Shown here piece by piece: positions 1 through 10,588 of a stretch of 64,000 bases of DNA; the stretch's first letter is position 1, and each line of letters starts with the position of its first letter. The notes under the pieces were generated by a model. That model saw nothing but the letters and a program-made list of their open reading frames with translations. It did not search any database and was not told where the DNA came from. Location: the NCBI GenBank assembly GCA_965217865.1, contig CBDCJO010000002.1, positions 5,152,001 through 5,216,000 of the forward strand, in the 5' to 3' direction. This DNA comes from Candidatus Latescibacterota bacterium. Its GTDB lineage: Bacteria; Latescibacterota; UBA2968; SICM01. A program made the translations under genes and the position numbers.

Positions 1-291
1 CGCCCGGATGAACTCTCCAAGACGGGCCGGCAAAACATTGTTGGCCATGAAACCGATCATGGTGGCAGCGAAGAGAATTTTGGTCGGGATCCACTTAACC
101 GGAGCCAACAGGATCTGCCATCGATAGGCCCTGACCCAGAACGAGGAGATTAGAAGGATGGCAGATGGTAGGACGAGGAGATAGTTGGCCTGGTCCAGGG
201 CAGTCTTCATCTCGTTCAGATCGACCTTACGGACCGATAGATAGAGAAAGACCGCGCTCACCAGGATGCCGATCCAGGCTTTCCAGCGCAT
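1..291 (-). CDS. Lysylphosphatidylglycerol synthase TM / flippase-like membrane protein (5' part; runs off the window)
   Basis: Not in the ORF track. Read manually from ATG at 291: MRWKAWIGILVSAVFLYLSVRKVDL...VRAYRWQILL...IGFMANNVLPARLGEFIRA, which carries the RAxRW and NNxLPARxGE motifs of the UPF0104/LPG synthase TM family. Confidence 0.8.
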   Translation of the reverse strand, partial: MRWKAWIGILVSAVFLYLSVRKVDLNEMKTALDQANYLLVLPSAILLISSFWVRAYRWQILLAPVKWIPTKILFAATMIGFMANNVLPARLGEFIRA

Positions 292-451
292 AGGATGTTG
301 GATGAAGCGTTGCCGTTATGAAAAAAACAAGAACCTTATGATGGGGGAGTCGTCGATCTGTTTCTTGTACGGATTATATCCATTCACCGTGGGGCACCAA
401 AAAAAGGCTTACCAATATAACTTGAACCGATTTTAAAGACAACTTCAATTT

Positions 452-1204
452 ATGATTAACGGGGTGATTCAAAACCTCTCCAAGGCCTTAATAGGGTTGG
501 GATCGTCGTTGGTGGATCTGGCCTTCCCGCCGGTATGTTCCGGCTGCAGCGTCGGGCTGGAGGAGGGGGAGCGGATTGTTTGCGAGGGGTGCTGGTCCGG
601 GGTGAACCTCCTTTCCGGTCCACGATGCCCGAAGTGTGGGGCCGCCCTTCAAGATCCGGTGGGGGAGTGTCCGTGCTGCTCGGGGCGTAGCTATCGGTTC
701 AGCCGGGCATGCGTGTTGACCTCATATGATGAGAGCACCCAACAGCTGATCCATCTTTTAAAATACCGGGAAAAGACCAGTGTTGGGGTGCGGTTGGGTC
801 GAATGCTGGCAGAGGCGATGGCGACGGATCCCGAGTTTGCGGAGGTGGATCTGATCGTGCCGGTTCCACTTCATCATAGCCGGGCTCGTGAACGAGGATA
901 TAATCAGAGCGCTCTGATCGCGAGGGGAGTGGGACAGACGTTGAACATACGGGTGGATAAGCGGACCCTAGTGCGGAGGAAGGCGACGCGGACACAGACC
1001 GAACTCTCCGCTGAAGAACGGATCGACAATGTGGCAACGGCGTTTGGGGTCCGGCGTCCGGAACGGGTGGCGGGCCTTCAGCTATTACTGGTGGACGATG
1101 TGTTTACAACGGGTGCCACGGTCGACGCCTGCGCTGCAGTTTTGTTGGATTCCGGGGCGAAAGTGGTTTTTGTGGGAGCGATAGCGAGTGCGTTCAAGGG
1201 ATAA
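452..1204 (+). CDS. comF: ComF family protein (double zinc ribbon + phosphoribosyltransferase domain)
   Basis: CxxC pairs, VPVPLH, RGYNQS and LLVDDVFTTGAT PRPP-binding motif. Confidence 0.9.
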   Translation: MINGVIQNLSKALIGLGSSLVDLAFPPVCSGCSVGLEEGERIVCEGCWSGVNLLSGPRCPKCGAALQDPVGECPCCSGRSYRFSRACVLTSYDESTQQLIHLLKYREKTSVGVRLGRMLAEAMATDPEFAEVDLIVPVPLHHSRARERGYNQSALIARGVGQTLNIRVDKRTLVRRKATRTQTELSAEERIDNVATAFGVRRPERVAGLQLLLVDDVFTTGATVDACAAVLLDSGAKVVFVGAIASAFKG

Positions 1205-1275
1205 GCGTTCCAGAAAGGGGGTACCATCGGGATGACGGGTAGGTACCCGGCAGGAGAGGCGGACCGGGCAGTCGC

Positions 1276-2673
1276 TTATATGTGAATCCCTCTGCCTGCG
1301 ACTGCAAGCGCGGCCTCTTTGATGGCCTCGGGTAGTGTGGGATGGGCGTGTACCGATCGGGCGATGTCTTCAGAGCTGGCCGAAAACTCGATCGCCACCG
1401 CACCTTCTGCGATGATCTCCGAGGCCCGAACACCCAGGATATGCATCCCAAGGAGGCGATCGGTCCTGGAATGGCTGATCACCTTGACCAGGCCTTCGGT
1501 GGACTCCAGGGCGTGGGCACGTCCGTTGGCGATAAATGGAAACTTTCCCACCCGCATCTGGATGCCTTTCTCTTTTGCGATTTCCTCGGTCATCCCGACC
1601 GAGGCCAATTCGGGGGATGTGTAGACCACGTTCGGAATGGCCTCGTAGTTCAAGTGGCCTCCCTTTCCGGCCATGAGTTCAACAGCGGCAATTCCCTCTT
1701 CCTCGGCCTTGTGTGCCAGCATCGGACCGGGGATCACGTCTCCGATCGCGTAGACTCCGGCCAGATTGGTCTCGTAGTTTTCATTGACCATGACGCGGCC
1801 CTTTTCGTCCATATCCACCCCCACCTGCTCAACCCCCAATCCCTCGGTATGGGGACGCCGTCCCACCGCGACCAGGACATGATCGCAACTTTCATCCCGG
1901 GTTTCCGAACCGTGTTCCACGATCAGATGGAGCTTTCCTTTTCGCACGGCCGATGACTTTGCACGCGCGCCAAGCCGGAAAACCAGGCCTTGTTTTTCGA
2001 GAGATTTCTGCAACTGGCGCGTCATTTCGAGATCCATCCCGGGCAGAATGTGATCCATCAACTCGATCACCAGTACCTCAGAACCGAGTCTGCTCCAAAC
2101 GGAGCCCAGTTCCAGACCGATGGCCCCTGCGCCGATGACCACGAGGCGCTCTGGGGTTTTGGGAAGGGACAGGGCTTCGGTTGAACTGAGCACGTGGACT
2201 CCGTCAAACGGGAGATCGGGCAATTCGACCGGGGCGCTTCCGGTGGCGATCAATATCCGATCCCCTTTGACCGATTCCACACCCCCGTCCCTTTCCACCT
2301 CAACCGATCCCGGCCCCGTGAGCCGGGCGTTTCCCTCGATATGCTCAACCTTGTTCTTCCTGAACAAGCCCTTGACCCCTCGGTTCATGGTTTTCACGAT
2401 CCCTTCCTTGCGCTTCATCATCGCAGACAGGTCGTGGTCGACGGGGCCGGTTTTGATCCCGTGGCGTGGGAAGGTGGTGCGGGCTTGGTATAACAGTTCA
2501 CTGGACTCAAGGAGGGCTTTGCTGGGGATGCAACCCACATTCAGACAGGTTCCCCCCAGGGCTTCTTTTTCGATACAGGCGACGTGCATCCCCAGTTGGG
2601 CCGCACGAATGGCTGCGACATAACCTCCCGGCCCCGCCCCTATGACCAACAGGTCAAACTTTGTCTTGTTCAA
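1276..2673 (-). CDS. lpdA: Dihydrolipoamide dehydrogenase (E3)
   Basis: GAGPGG, GGTCLNVGCIPSK and HAHPTLPE motifs; follows sucAB. Confidence 0.97.
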   Translation of the reverse strand: MNKTKFDLLVIGAGPGGYVAAIRAAQLGMHVACIEKEALGGTCLNVGCIPSKALLESSELLYQARTTFPRHGIKTGPVDHDLSAMMKRKEGIVKTMNRGVKGLFRKNKVEHIEGNARLTGPGSVEVERDGGVESVKGDRILIATGSAPVELPDLPFDGVHVLSSTEALSLPKTPERLVVIGAGAIGLELGSVWSRLGSEVLVIELMDHILPGMDLEMTRQLQKSLEKQGLVFRLGARAKSSAVRKGKLHLIVEHGSETRDESCDHVLVAVGRRPHTEGLGVEQVGVDMDEKGRVMVNENYETNLAGVYAIGDVIPGPMLAHKAEEEGIAAVELMAGKGGHLNYEAIPNVVYTSPELASVGMTEEIAKEKGIQMRVGKFPFIANGRAHALESTEGLVKVISHSRTDRLLGMHILGVRASEIIAEGAVAIEFSASSEDIARSVHAHPTLPEAIKEAALAVAGRGIHI

Positions 2674-2747
2674 GGTAACCTCTCTCGATGTTCATCCGAT
2701 TCCGTTAACGCAAGCCGGATCCGTATCGAGCCTGTGTTGGCGGCTTT

Positions 2748-3992
2748 CTAAATTCCCAACATCATCCTTGCAGGATCCTCGATCAACTCCTTGATACGGA
2801 CCAGGAAGGTGACGGAATTCCTCCCATCCACAAGCCGATGGTCATAGGTCAGTGCGAGATACATCATCGGACGGATTTCAACCCGGTCCCCGACGGCCAC
2901 GGGCCGTTTTTGAATGGTATGCATTCCAAGGATACCCGTCTGCGGGGGGTTCAGGATGGGTGTGGAAAGCAGGGATCCGAACACCCCCCCGTTGGTAATC
3001 GTAAAGGTCCCCCCGGAAAGCTCGTCGAGGCCCAATCTTCCTTCGCGAGCGGCCCCGGCAACCCGCTTGATCTCCGACTCGATTTTGGAAAAAGACATCG
3101 CCTCGGTGTTTCGCAGTACCGGCACCACCAGGCCACGATCCGTGCTGACCGCGATTCCCATGTTGACGTTTTGATGGTAGACGATATCCTTCCCCTCGAT
3201 ACTGGCGTTCACATCGGGGTGGGCATCCAGGGCGAGTACGCAGGCACGAACAAAGAAGGACATCAGCCCGAGAGAAACGCCGTGGGTTTCCTGGAAGCGG
3301 TCCTTGTAGCGCCCCCGAAGGGCCATCAAATTGGTCATGTCGACTTCGTTGAAGGTGGAAAGGAGTGCGGCGCCCTGCTGTGCGGCGACCAGACGTTCAG
3401 CGATCCGAGCCCGGATTCGGCTCATGGGTACGCGCCTTGTACCCGAATCGTCAAACGGAGTATCACTCTTTTCTTCGGGGACCGGCTTCTTCTCGACTTC
3501 GATTTTTTCGACAGGTGGCTCCTTTTCTTCGGGGGGTTCTTCTTTTTGGGCTTCCACGTAGTCCAGAACATCCTGTTTGATCAGGCGGCCTCCTCGGCCG
3601 GTCCCCTTGATGAGCGCCGGATCCAATTCGTGTTCCGTAACCAGTCTCCGAACGGCGGGGCTCAGTTCATCAGCAGCCACGTGTTCCCCCGGGCCCTCGA
3701 CCTCTCCGGCCTCGGGTTTTGCCCCTTCGGATACCGGTGTGGGGGGTGATTCGGAATCGGATTCCTCGATTCGCGCTATAGCCTCCCCGACCTGGATGGT
3801 GTCCCCGTCGTGTTTCAATGTCCGAAGGATTCCCGACGCCGGGGAGGGGAGTTCAACATCCGCTTTGTCGGTCTCGATGACGCAGATCGGGTCGTCGGTT
3901 TTGACCGAATCGCCGTCGGACTTCATCCACTCCACGAGTATCGCCTCTGTCACCGACTCGCCCAACTCCGGAATTTCGACAACGGTTGCCAT
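2748..3992 (-). CDS. sucB: 2-oxoglutarate dehydrogenase E2, dihydrolipoyllysine succinyltransferase
   Basis: Lipoyl domain ETDKA, E3-binding SPAVRRL..GTGRGGR, catalytic YDHRLVDG. Confidence 0.96.
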   Translation of the reverse strand: MATVVEIPELGESVTEAILVEWMKSDGDSVKTDDPICVIETDKADVELPSPASGILRTLKHDGDTIQVGEAIARIEESDSESPPTPVSEGAKPEAGEVEGPGEHVAADELSPAVRRLVTEHELDPALIKGTGRGGRLIKQDVLDYVEAQKEEPPEEKEPPVEKIEVEKKPVPEEKSDTPFDDSGTRRVPMSRIRARIAERLVAAQQGAALLSTFNEVDMTNLMALRGRYKDRFQETHGVSLGLMSFFVRACVLALDAHPDVNASIEGKDIVYHQNVNMGIAVSTDRGLVVPVLRNTEAMSFSKIESEIKRVAGAAREGRLGLDELSGGTFTITNGGVFGSLLSTPILNPPQTGILGMHTIQKRPVAVGDRVEIRPMMYLALTYDHRLVDGRNSVTFLVRIKELIEDPARMMLGI

Positions 3993-3994
3993 GA

Positions 3995-6745
3995 TTATCT
4001 CCCGCTTCCGTTTAATGCCTGAGAGACCAATTTATCCTGTTCGGCCAGGTGTGCCTTGTGAACGCCCGTCGCGGTGCTAGCGGAAGGCCCCCGTCCTATG
4101 AAGGGCATCGCTCTTCCATCCTGAATGACTTGACGAAGCCTCGGCTCGATGAAATCCCACGCCCCCTGATTTTGAGGTTCCTCCTGAGCCCAGCAGATCT
4201 CCTTGGCCCGAGAGTATCGGGCAAGAAGCTTCTCAGCTTCCTTGAAGGCGAAGGGATAGAGCTGTTCGATTCGGATCAGAGCGACGTCGTCTTTTTGAGC
4301 CGCATCTCTCGCTTCCAGGAGGTCAAAGTAGATTTTCCCCGTGCAAAACACCAACCGGTTTACTTTTTGAGGTTGGGCGGCAGGGTCGTCGATAATTTCA
4401 CGGAACCGACCCTCCGCGAGTTCCGAAACATCTGAGGTGGCCTGCTTATGCCTCAGCAGGCTTTTGGGCATCATCAGGATGAGCGGCTTCCGGAAACTGC
4501 GGTGCATCTGTCGACGAAGCATGTGGAAGTATTGGGAAGGGATCGTGGGATAGCACACCTGGATGTTGTTCTCGGCGCAAAGCTGCAGGTAGCGCTCCAG
4601 GCGGGCGCTGGAATGTTCTGGGCCCTGACCCTCATACCCGTGGGGGAGAAGCAACACGATGCCGCTCATTCGTCCCCACTTTGCTTCACAGCTGGAGATG
4701 TACTGATCGATGATCGGCTGCGCCATGTTCGCGAAATCCCCGAACTGGGCTTCCCAGATGGTCAACCGCCACGGGTCAGCGGAGCTGATGCCGTACTCAA
4801 AGCCCAGCACGGCCAGTTCAGAGAGCATCGTGTTCATCAGGGTAAACTTCCCCTGCTTGTCCGACAGGTTGGCCAGGGGCCAATACGGCTTTCCCGTCTT
4901 TACATCGTGCCACACACCGTGTCGATGGCTGAAGGTTCCCCGTTGACTGTCCTGTCCGGTCAGGCGTATGGAGATGCCTTCCAACAGAAGGCTGCCCAGT
5001 GCGAGCATTTCGGCGCATCCCCAGTCGATCGGCAGCTTCCCTTCCACCATCTCAATTCTCGATTTCAGGAGACGCTGAAGTTTTCTGTAGACTGAAAAAT
5101 CGGGGGGGGCGGTCGTCGCCTTTTTCACGATCTTTGTGAGGATCGTTTTTTTCACCGCGGTATCCGCCCTCCCGTCCCCAGACGCACGGCCGAGACCTTT
5201 CCAGAACCCTTTCAGGGAGGACATCCTCGGCTGGGCGGACTGGTTGTGGACGACCTCGAGTGACTCGTCAAGGCGTCGTCGGGCATCACCCCGGATCTTA
5301 TCATATTCCCCCTGGTCAATCAGGTTGTGTTCCCGCAGGGACTTGAAATAGAGATCGCATACGGATGGATGTTTATCAATTTCACGGTAGCGGCCGGGTT
5401 GGGTAAAACTGGGATCATCCGCCTCGTTGTGGCCGTATTTTCGGTAACACCATAAGTCTATCACCACGTCCGCTTTGAAGGCCTGTCGAAAGGACATCGC
5501 GAGACGTCCGATCTGGACCACAGCCTCCGGGTCGTCCGCGTTGACGTGGAAGACAGGGGCCTGAATGATTTTTGCCGAATCCGACGGATATGAGGTGAAC
5601 CGGGTCTGTCTGGGGGTGGCCGTAAAACCGATCTGGTTGTTGATGATGATGTGAATGGTTCCCCCGGTATCGTATCCGTTCAACTGGCAGAGGTTAAGGG
5701 TCTCATCGACGATCCCCTGACCCGTAAACGATGCATCCCCGTGGATCAGGACGGGAACGACACGGCTGCGCTGCTGGTCGTTCCGATTTTCCTGCTTGGC
5801 ATAGACAATGCCTTCGATTATGGGGTTCACCAGTTCCAGGTGGCTTGGATTAGGACTGAGGGAAAGGTGTAATTTGTGTTCCTGTTGTGTGATGTAGTCG
5901 TGCGAATATCCCATGTGATACTTGACGTCCCCGGAACCCTCCGAACTCTCGTGAATGGCGGAACCCTCGAACTCAGAGAGGATCGATTCATAGGGTTTAT
6001 GCATCAAATGCGTCAGGACATTCAGACGGCCCCTATGGGCCATTCCCATGACGATCTCTTCGACCTCCAACGCAGCCCCGGTCTCGACCAGGTTGGTCAG
6101 AAGCGGGATCAGGGATTCTCCGCCTTCAATCGAAAAGCGTTTGTGGCCGACGTATTTCGTATGTAAAAACTGTTCGAACCCCTCCGTAGCGACCAGATGG
6201 GACAGGATGTTATGACATTGTGATTTCGAAAACTTCGGGCTGTTTAAAGTGGGTTCAATCCGTTTTTGAATCCAAAGGCGCTGACTCATGTACGGAATTT
6301 CAACGTACTCGTACCCGACGGTCCGACAGTAAGTCATACGAAGCTTTTCGATCAGATCCCGCAGTGTGCCATCCGTGGGTCCCAGGAAACCTCCCGAGCC
6401 GACTTTACGGTCAAGATCCTTTTCGGAAAATCCATATTCGGAAATCTCCAACAAGGGCTGGAGGGGTCGTTCGTAACCGAGGGGATCGAGCCTTGCCTCC
6501 AGATGGCCGAATCCACGATAGGCGTTGACCAGTCCGTGAGCGCCTTTGCCCATCCCGTTTTCGGCATCAAATTTGTGGGATTCATCCGCAGATGCGTCCT
6601 GTTGGGCCCCACCCGCCCCGAGCTCGAATCCTTTAAAAAAGGCAACCCAATCTTTATTCAGGGTACCTGGGTTGTTCCTGTAGCGTTCGTACATCTCCTC
6701 GATGTAGGCGACATTGGCGATATTGATCGGATCGAATGATTCCAT
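3995..6745 (-). CDS. sucA: 2-oxoglutarate dehydrogenase E1
   Basis: [30 protein letters not shown] and [14 protein letters not shown] motifs. Confidence 0.97.
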   Translation of the reverse strand: MESFDPINIANVAYIEEMYERYRNNPGTLNKDWVAFFKGFELGAGGAQQDASADESHKFDAENGMGKGAHGLVNAYRGFGHLEARLDPLGYERPLQPLLEISEYGFSEKDLDRKVGSGGFLGPTDGTLRDLIEKLRMTYCRTVGYEYVEIPYMSQRLWIQKRIEPTLNSPKFSKSQCHNILSHLVATEGFEQFLHTKYVGHKRFSIEGGESLIPLLTNLVETGAALEVEEIVMGMAHRGRLNVLTHLMHKPYESILSEFEGSAIHESSEGSGDVKYHMGYSHDYITQQEHKLHLSLSPNPSHLELVNPIIEGIVYAKQENRNDQQRSRVVPVLIHGDASFTGQGIVDETLNLCQLNGYDTGGTIHIIINNQIGFTATPRQTRFTSYPSDSAKIIQAPVFHVNADDPEAVVQIGRLAMSFRQAFKADVVIDLWCYRKYGHNEADDPSFTQPGRYREIDKHPSVCDLYFKSLREHNLIDQGEYDKIRGDARRRLDESLEVVHNQSAQPRMSSLKGFWKGLGRASGDGRADTAVKKTILTKIVKKATTAPPDFSVYRKLQRLLKSRIEMVEGKLPIDWGCAEMLALGSLLLEGISIRLTGQDSQRGTFSHRHGVWHDVKTGKPYWPLANLSDKQGKFTLMNTMLSELAVLGFEYGISSADPWRLTIWEAQFGDFANMAQPIIDQYISSCEAKWGRMSGIVLLLPHGYEGQGPEHSSARLERYLQLCAENNIQVCYPTIPSQYFHMLRRQMHRSFRKPLILMMPKSLLRHKQATSDVSELAEGRFREIIDDPAAQPQKVNRLVFCTGKIYFDLLEARDAAQKDDVALIRIEQLYPFAFKEAEKLLARYSRAKEICWAQEEPQNQGAWDFIEPRLRQVIQDGRAMPFIGRGPSASTATGVHKAHLAEQDKLVSQALNGSGR

Positions 6746-6789
6746 ACCAGGAATAGCCTCTTGGTAAGTTGGATGGGTTAGTTAGTCCT

Positions 6790-7767
6790 TCAAGCCAACC
6801 GCTGTCTTGCAAGAACCGATGCCCCGAGCACGCTCGCGTCGTCTCCGAGTTCGGCCGGCACGATCTGTACGAGATTCCCGGTAAAAGGGAGCGCCTTTTT
6901 TTTGACGGTTTTTCGGACCGGGGGAATGATGTGGTCTCCAAATGCTTCCACAACGCCGCCCCCAAGGACGATCATCTCCGGATTCAGGATGTGAATGATG
7001 TTCACGGCCGCGATTCCGAGGGCTACAGCCGCACGCTTGACGATCTTTTCCACGTCCCTGTCACCCTGCTTCAGGGCTCTGGAGATGTCGCTGCTCTTTA
7101 TGGAAGCCGGGTCGCTGAGCCGTCGCTTGATTTGTTTGGATTTCTTCCCTTTCCCGATCGCGGCGGCTATGTCGCGGGAGATTGCGCTGCGGCTAGCGAT
7201 GGCTTCGAGGCATCCCCGGTTTCCGCAGCCGCACCTGGGGCCTCCGATCTCGACGATCATGTGGCCGATTTCACCCGCGGTCTTGTTCAATCCGCGATGC
7301 AGACGGCCGTCCATGATCACGCCGCCCCCTATGCCCGTCCCGACGAAGATACCGACAAGGTCCCTAACCCCTCTCCCCACCCCGAGGACGTGCTCGCCCA
7401 GGGTACCGACATTGACGTCGTTGTCGAGGAACACGGGCTTTTTCAGGGCTTTTTCAATGACGGCCTTAACCGGGACGTCCTTCCATCCTGGAAGATTCGG
7501 TGCGAATATGACCACGCCGTTGTCGGGGTCGAGAGGCCCGGGGGCGCCGATACCGACGCCTCGGATGTCGCCCATCCCAAGGCCACCCTTCTTCAGGGCC
7601 TCCCGGGCACAGGCAACCATCCGTTTCATGACATCACGGGGACCCTTTGCACCGGTCGGCAGCTTGGCCCTTCCTGTGATGCGCCCCTCCGGGCCCACGG
7701 TTGCGGCGAGAATTTTCGTGCCTCCGAGGTCGATGCCGATCACATACTTTGAGTTTTTACCTGCCAC
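6790..7767 (-). CDS. ROK family sugar kinase (glucokinase-like)
   Basis: IGIDLGGTK, NDVN, GTGIGGG, GEIGH and CGCGNRGCLE motifs; no N-terminal HTH. Confidence 0.92.
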   Translation of the reverse strand: MAGKNSKYVIGIDLGGTKILAATVGPEGRITGRAKLPTGAKGPRDVMKRMVACAREALKKGGLGMGDIRGVGIGAPGPLDPDNGVVIFAPNLPGWKDVPVKAVIEKALKKPVFLDNDVNVGTLGEHVLGVGRGVRDLVGIFVGTGIGGGVIMDGRLHRGLNKTAGEIGHMIVEIGGPRCGCGNRGCLEAIASRSAISRDIAAAIGKGKKSKQIKRRLSDPASIKSSDISRALKQGDRDVEKIVKRAAVALGIAAVNIIHILNPEMIVLGGGVVEAFGDHIIPPVRKTVKKKALPFTGNLVQIVPAELGDDASVLGASVLARQRLA

Positions 7768-7823
7768 GAAGATCCTTCCAAAATAAAGATGAAGGATGAA
7801 ATCAAGGATATTCTTTTATCCAT

Positions 7824-8183
7824 TTACCAAGACTCGGTCTTCCGCTGAATTTCCTGGACGAGGCTGTGGATCTCTTTGATGTCTCTCAGCCTGCCTTTCT
7901 CCGGTTTCGTCTTGATCCCTCGAACCGACGACAGCAGTTTCTGAAGTGATTCCTCCCGGTTCTTTCCACCACTGTGTTCGCGGATCACCTCCTGAAGCTG
8001 TAGGATTCGTCCCTCGACTTTTGATGCGTATGCGTCGACGATATCCTTGAATACCGAACGGAGTCGGTTCAGCTCTGTCTCCATCGATTTTCGGGTTTTG
8101 CTCCCCATAACGATGCCGGGCTTTTTGCGCACAGGTGGGCGTGACGATGATCTCTTCGCTCTTTTTCGGGGTTCGTTTGGCAT
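7824..8183 (-). CDS. Hypothetical basic, helical protein
   Basis: 119-aa ORF co-oriented and closely spaced between the Tmk pair and the ROK kinase; Lys/Arg-rich with coiled-coil character. Confidence 0.7.
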   Translation of the reverse strand: MPNEPRKRAKRSSSRPPVRKKPGIVMGSKTRKSMETELNRLRSVFKDIVDAYASKVEGRILQLQEVIREHSGGKNREESLQKLLSSVRGIKTKPEKGRLRDIKEIHSLVQEIQRKTESW

Positions 8184-8198
8184 CAGGCTCAGACCTTT

Positions 8199-8897
8199 TT
8201 ATAGGATAGGTTCCACGAGGGCCTGGATGTTATTGGCAATCGTTCGTGTGGCGCGGTTTCCGTTGATGATGTCGAATCCGTAGACCTTCTGCATCCTCTT
8301 GAACTCACTCTGCATATAGCCCTGGTACTTCATGAAGCTGTCGAACATATCCCTCGAAATCCCGATGTCCATTCCGGATTCCCAGTGGTCGAGGGTTGCC
8401 TGTTTCTGGAAATTGCGCTCTACCAGTTGGCGTGGGCTGACCTGAAGGTAGAAAACGGTATCCGGAACGATGGCGATGCCGTAGAGGGATTCCAGCCAGG
8501 GACGGTCGGCACCCCGGACGACATCCCTGGCGATGAGCGTGTAGATGTAGCGGTCTGCAAGGACGACGAATCCTGCCTTGAGGGCAGGAATGATCCTGTT
8601 TTCCAGCTGGTCCGCGAAGTCCGTTGCGTAGAACAGGCTCAAGGTCGTCTTCGTGAGGATGTTTCCCTGTTTGGCCTCGCTGAGGGCATTGCTCACCAGC
8701 GTGGAGCGGTTCAATCCTACGTTGACGGTGGCGTGCCCTTTTCGCTCCAGCCATTCGGTCAGAAGCTCGGCCTGGGTGGACCGGCCAGAGCCGTCCGCTC
8801 CTTCGATCACGATGAGTTTTCCGATCAGGTTTTTCAGATCGACGCCCGGCAACCCATCTCCATAAAACCGTTTCATGTCTACCTCCTCGTCCGCCAT
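8199..8897 (-). CDS. Thymidylate kinase-like protein (second of a tandem pair)
   Basis: LIVIEGADGSGRSTQ P-loop (Lys replaced by Arg), ADRYIYT motif. Confidence 0.88.
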   Translation of the reverse strand: MADEEVDMKRFYGDGLPGVDLKNLIGKLIVIEGADGSGRSTQAELLTEWLERKGHATVNVGLNRSTLVSNALSEAKQGNILTKTTLSLFYATDFADQLENRIIPALKAGFVVLADRYIYTLIARDVVRGADRPWLESLYGIAIVPDTVFYLQVSPRQLVERNFQKQATLDHWESGMDIGISRDMFDSFMKYQGYMQSEFKRMQKVYGFDIINGNRATRTIANNIQALVEPIL

Positions 8898-9577
8898 CGG
8901 AAGCTGGGCAGATCGATCCGGTCAGCGATGATGGATCGAACCATCTCCTGTTGGACGTCGATGCTCTTATTTGCGTCGATCACGGTAAATCCGAACTCCC
9001 GGGAGAGTTTTTGGTAGCCGGCATTGATCCGTTTCTGAAAGATGCTGAAGCTCTCATAGGGGTCTTGTGAGAGGCCGAGGTCCATCCCGGCCTCGTGATA
9101 TTTTAGGGAGGGACGCCCGTCGAGAATACGGTCGAGGGCGATGTTGAGCGGAACTTTAAAGAAAAAGGTGATATCGGGATCTACGGCGAAGCTGTAGAGA
9201 TTGTAGACCCATTTCCGGTTGCATCCGCGGACGATGTCACGGGCGAAAGCCGTGTAGATGTATCGATCCGCAAGGACGATATATCCTGCCTGGAGCAGGG
9301 GGAGGACTTGGCGCTCGTAGCGGTCTGCGAAATCCGTGCAGTGGATGAGGGAAAAGGTAGTCGGGGTGAGGAGCTGCTGCTTTTTGCCACGCTTGGTGAC
9401 GTTTTTTACGACGACGGAGGAATTCCATTCGGTGAAGTAGACCTTCAGGTTTTGAAGTTCCAGCCAGCGTTTTACCAGGTAGATTTGTGTGGACTTGCCC
9501 GATCCGTCCAAGCCTTCCACGGCTATGAGTCTCCCTGGAAATGGATGGCCTTTGCTCCGTTCCGGCATGGGCTTCAA
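8879..9577 (-). CDS. Thymidylate kinase-like protein (first of a tandem pair)
   Basis: LIAVEGLDGSGKSTQ P-loop, ADRYIYT motif; overlaps the next paralog by 19 nt. Confidence 0.88.
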   Translation of the reverse strand: MKPMPERSKGHPFPGRLIAVEGLDGSGKSTQIYLVKRWLELQNLKVYFTEWNSSVVVKNVTKRGKKQQLLTPTTFSLIHCTDFADRYERQVLPLLQAGYIVLADRYIYTAFARDIVRGCNRKWVYNLYSFAVDPDITFFFKVPLNIALDRILDGRPSLKYHEAGMDLGLSQDPYESFSIFQKRINAGYQKLSREFGFTVIDANKSIDVQQEMVRSIIADRIDLPSFRWRTRR

Positions 9578-9615
9578 CTCTCGTTTGATTTTTTAAGTCA
9601 TTTTTAAGGACACTA

Positions 9616-9645
9616 TTCATAACAATTTATGCGATTATTTGTCAA
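9616..9645 (-). promoter_or_regulatory. Putative sigma-70 promoter for the tmk-tmk-hyp-ROK(-suc) transcript
   Basis: Minus strand TTGACA-18 nt-TATGAA, about 40 nt upstream of the first Tmk-like ORF. Confidence 0.45.
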
Positions 9646-9714
9646 CAGAAAAATAAGGGATCGTTGCCAGCGCAATGGGAATATTGGATTTGGTGATGGT
9701 CCTTCTTTTTGTTA

Positions 9715-9750
9715 CAACCCAATTTTCCACACGTGTGGAAAATTGGGTTG
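9715..9750. repeat. Perfect 36-bp palindrome
   Basis: CAACCCAATTTTCCACAC|GTGTGGAAAATTGGGTTG is its own reverse complement. Confidence 0.95.
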
Positions 9751-9919
9751 GATTCACTGCCGGATCCTAATGAGCTTTCAACTATATTAAATTCAACATA
9801 GTTACAAATATTCTGCGTTTCGGATTTGGAGGCGTGTTCGGGAATTGAAGGCTTGGGTTAGTCCGCATTTTCCGGGTTCGACTCGGGAGGGGGGTGATAT
9901 TTGGGCGGGCTATCGTGTT

Positions 9920-9976
9920 CCCTCACCCCACCTCGCGTTGCTCGGCACCCTCTCCCGGGTGCCGGGAGAGGGGAAG
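9920..9976 (+). repeat. REP-like element (CCCTCACCCC...CCCTCTCCC..GGGAGAGGG type), copy 1
   Basis: Near-identical reverse-complement copy at 53385-53442; internal hairpin CCCTCTCCCGG/CCGGGAGAGGG. Confidence 0.85.
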
Positions 9977-10279
9977 TTCATGAAAGTATTTGAACTTGGA
10001 TACCCCTTCCTTTGGAAGGGGAGGAAAAGTTTAGCTTGCTGAGGGTAAGCTAAAAGGCTGTTTTGTCCGTACCGTAGTCGAAAAGGTAACTTCTAAAGTG
10101 ATCAGAGGATATATTCGGTTTCATCTTCAAGAGCAGAAAGGGCCCCTACAGTTGGATCTGTTTGGGGAGGGGAGTGGTTAATGCCCCGCCCTTTGGGCGG
10201 GGTGATTTACTAGGCTTTCCCAAAAAAAAAAATAATGGTAGGAGCCGCCTCCTGGCGGCGAATATGATAAAGGAGGTGA

Positions 10280-10462
10280 ATCTGTCGATTTTATGGCATC
10301 ATTATCAAAATGTATTTTGACGATCACCTTGCAGGGGAACTACCGTCCAGGGCATTAGGTCTTACTATCGAATGGGCGTCAGTTCATCAAGGTGAACTGA
10401 AAGACTTGTGGGAAAAAGCTCGAAATAATAAAAAGCTGGACAAGCTAGATCCTCTAGATTAG
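10280..10462 (+). pseudogene. DUF4160 (HicA-like toxin) remnant with internal deletion and no start codon
   Basis: Manual translation ICRFYGIIIKMYFDDH|LAGELPSRALGLTIEWASVHQGELKDLWEKARNNKKLDKLDPLD*. The usual PPHFHA middle segment is missing. Confidence 0.75.
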
Positions 10463-10464
10463 AA

Positions 10465-10580
10465 AAGTCTCCGAACAAACATTATCCATAATTCCGCAAT
10501 AACTGAAGCCAAAGTTGTTGCGGATTTTTATTTGAGGGTGGCCTGGACTGCGATTTTACACCAGACCGTTGGGCGGACTT
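10465..10580 (+). other. attC-like imperfect hairpin
   Basis: Begins just after the DUF4160 stop with ..CCGAAC and ends GTTGGGC (matches GTTRRRY); the ends are complementary (AAGTC/GACTT); inner stem TCCGCAATAACT/AGTTGTTGCGGA. Confidence 0.4.
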
Positions 10581-10588
10581 AAAGACCG

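Noticed and set aside
6769-7752. Long antisense ORFs (e.g. 6769-7752 +, 2838-3749 +, 43805-44617 -, 50192-51010 -)
   Set aside because: Shadow frames of well-supported genes in GC-rich DNA; no recognisable motifs.
9715-9810. Chromosomal replication origin
   Set aside because: Only two DnaA-box-like 9-mers; no dnaA/dnaN/gidA neighbours.
10180-10211. IS200/IS605-type terminal hairpin (CCCCGCCCTTTGGGCGGGG)
   Set aside because: Isolated hairpin with no tnpA/tnpB nearby; at most a relic.
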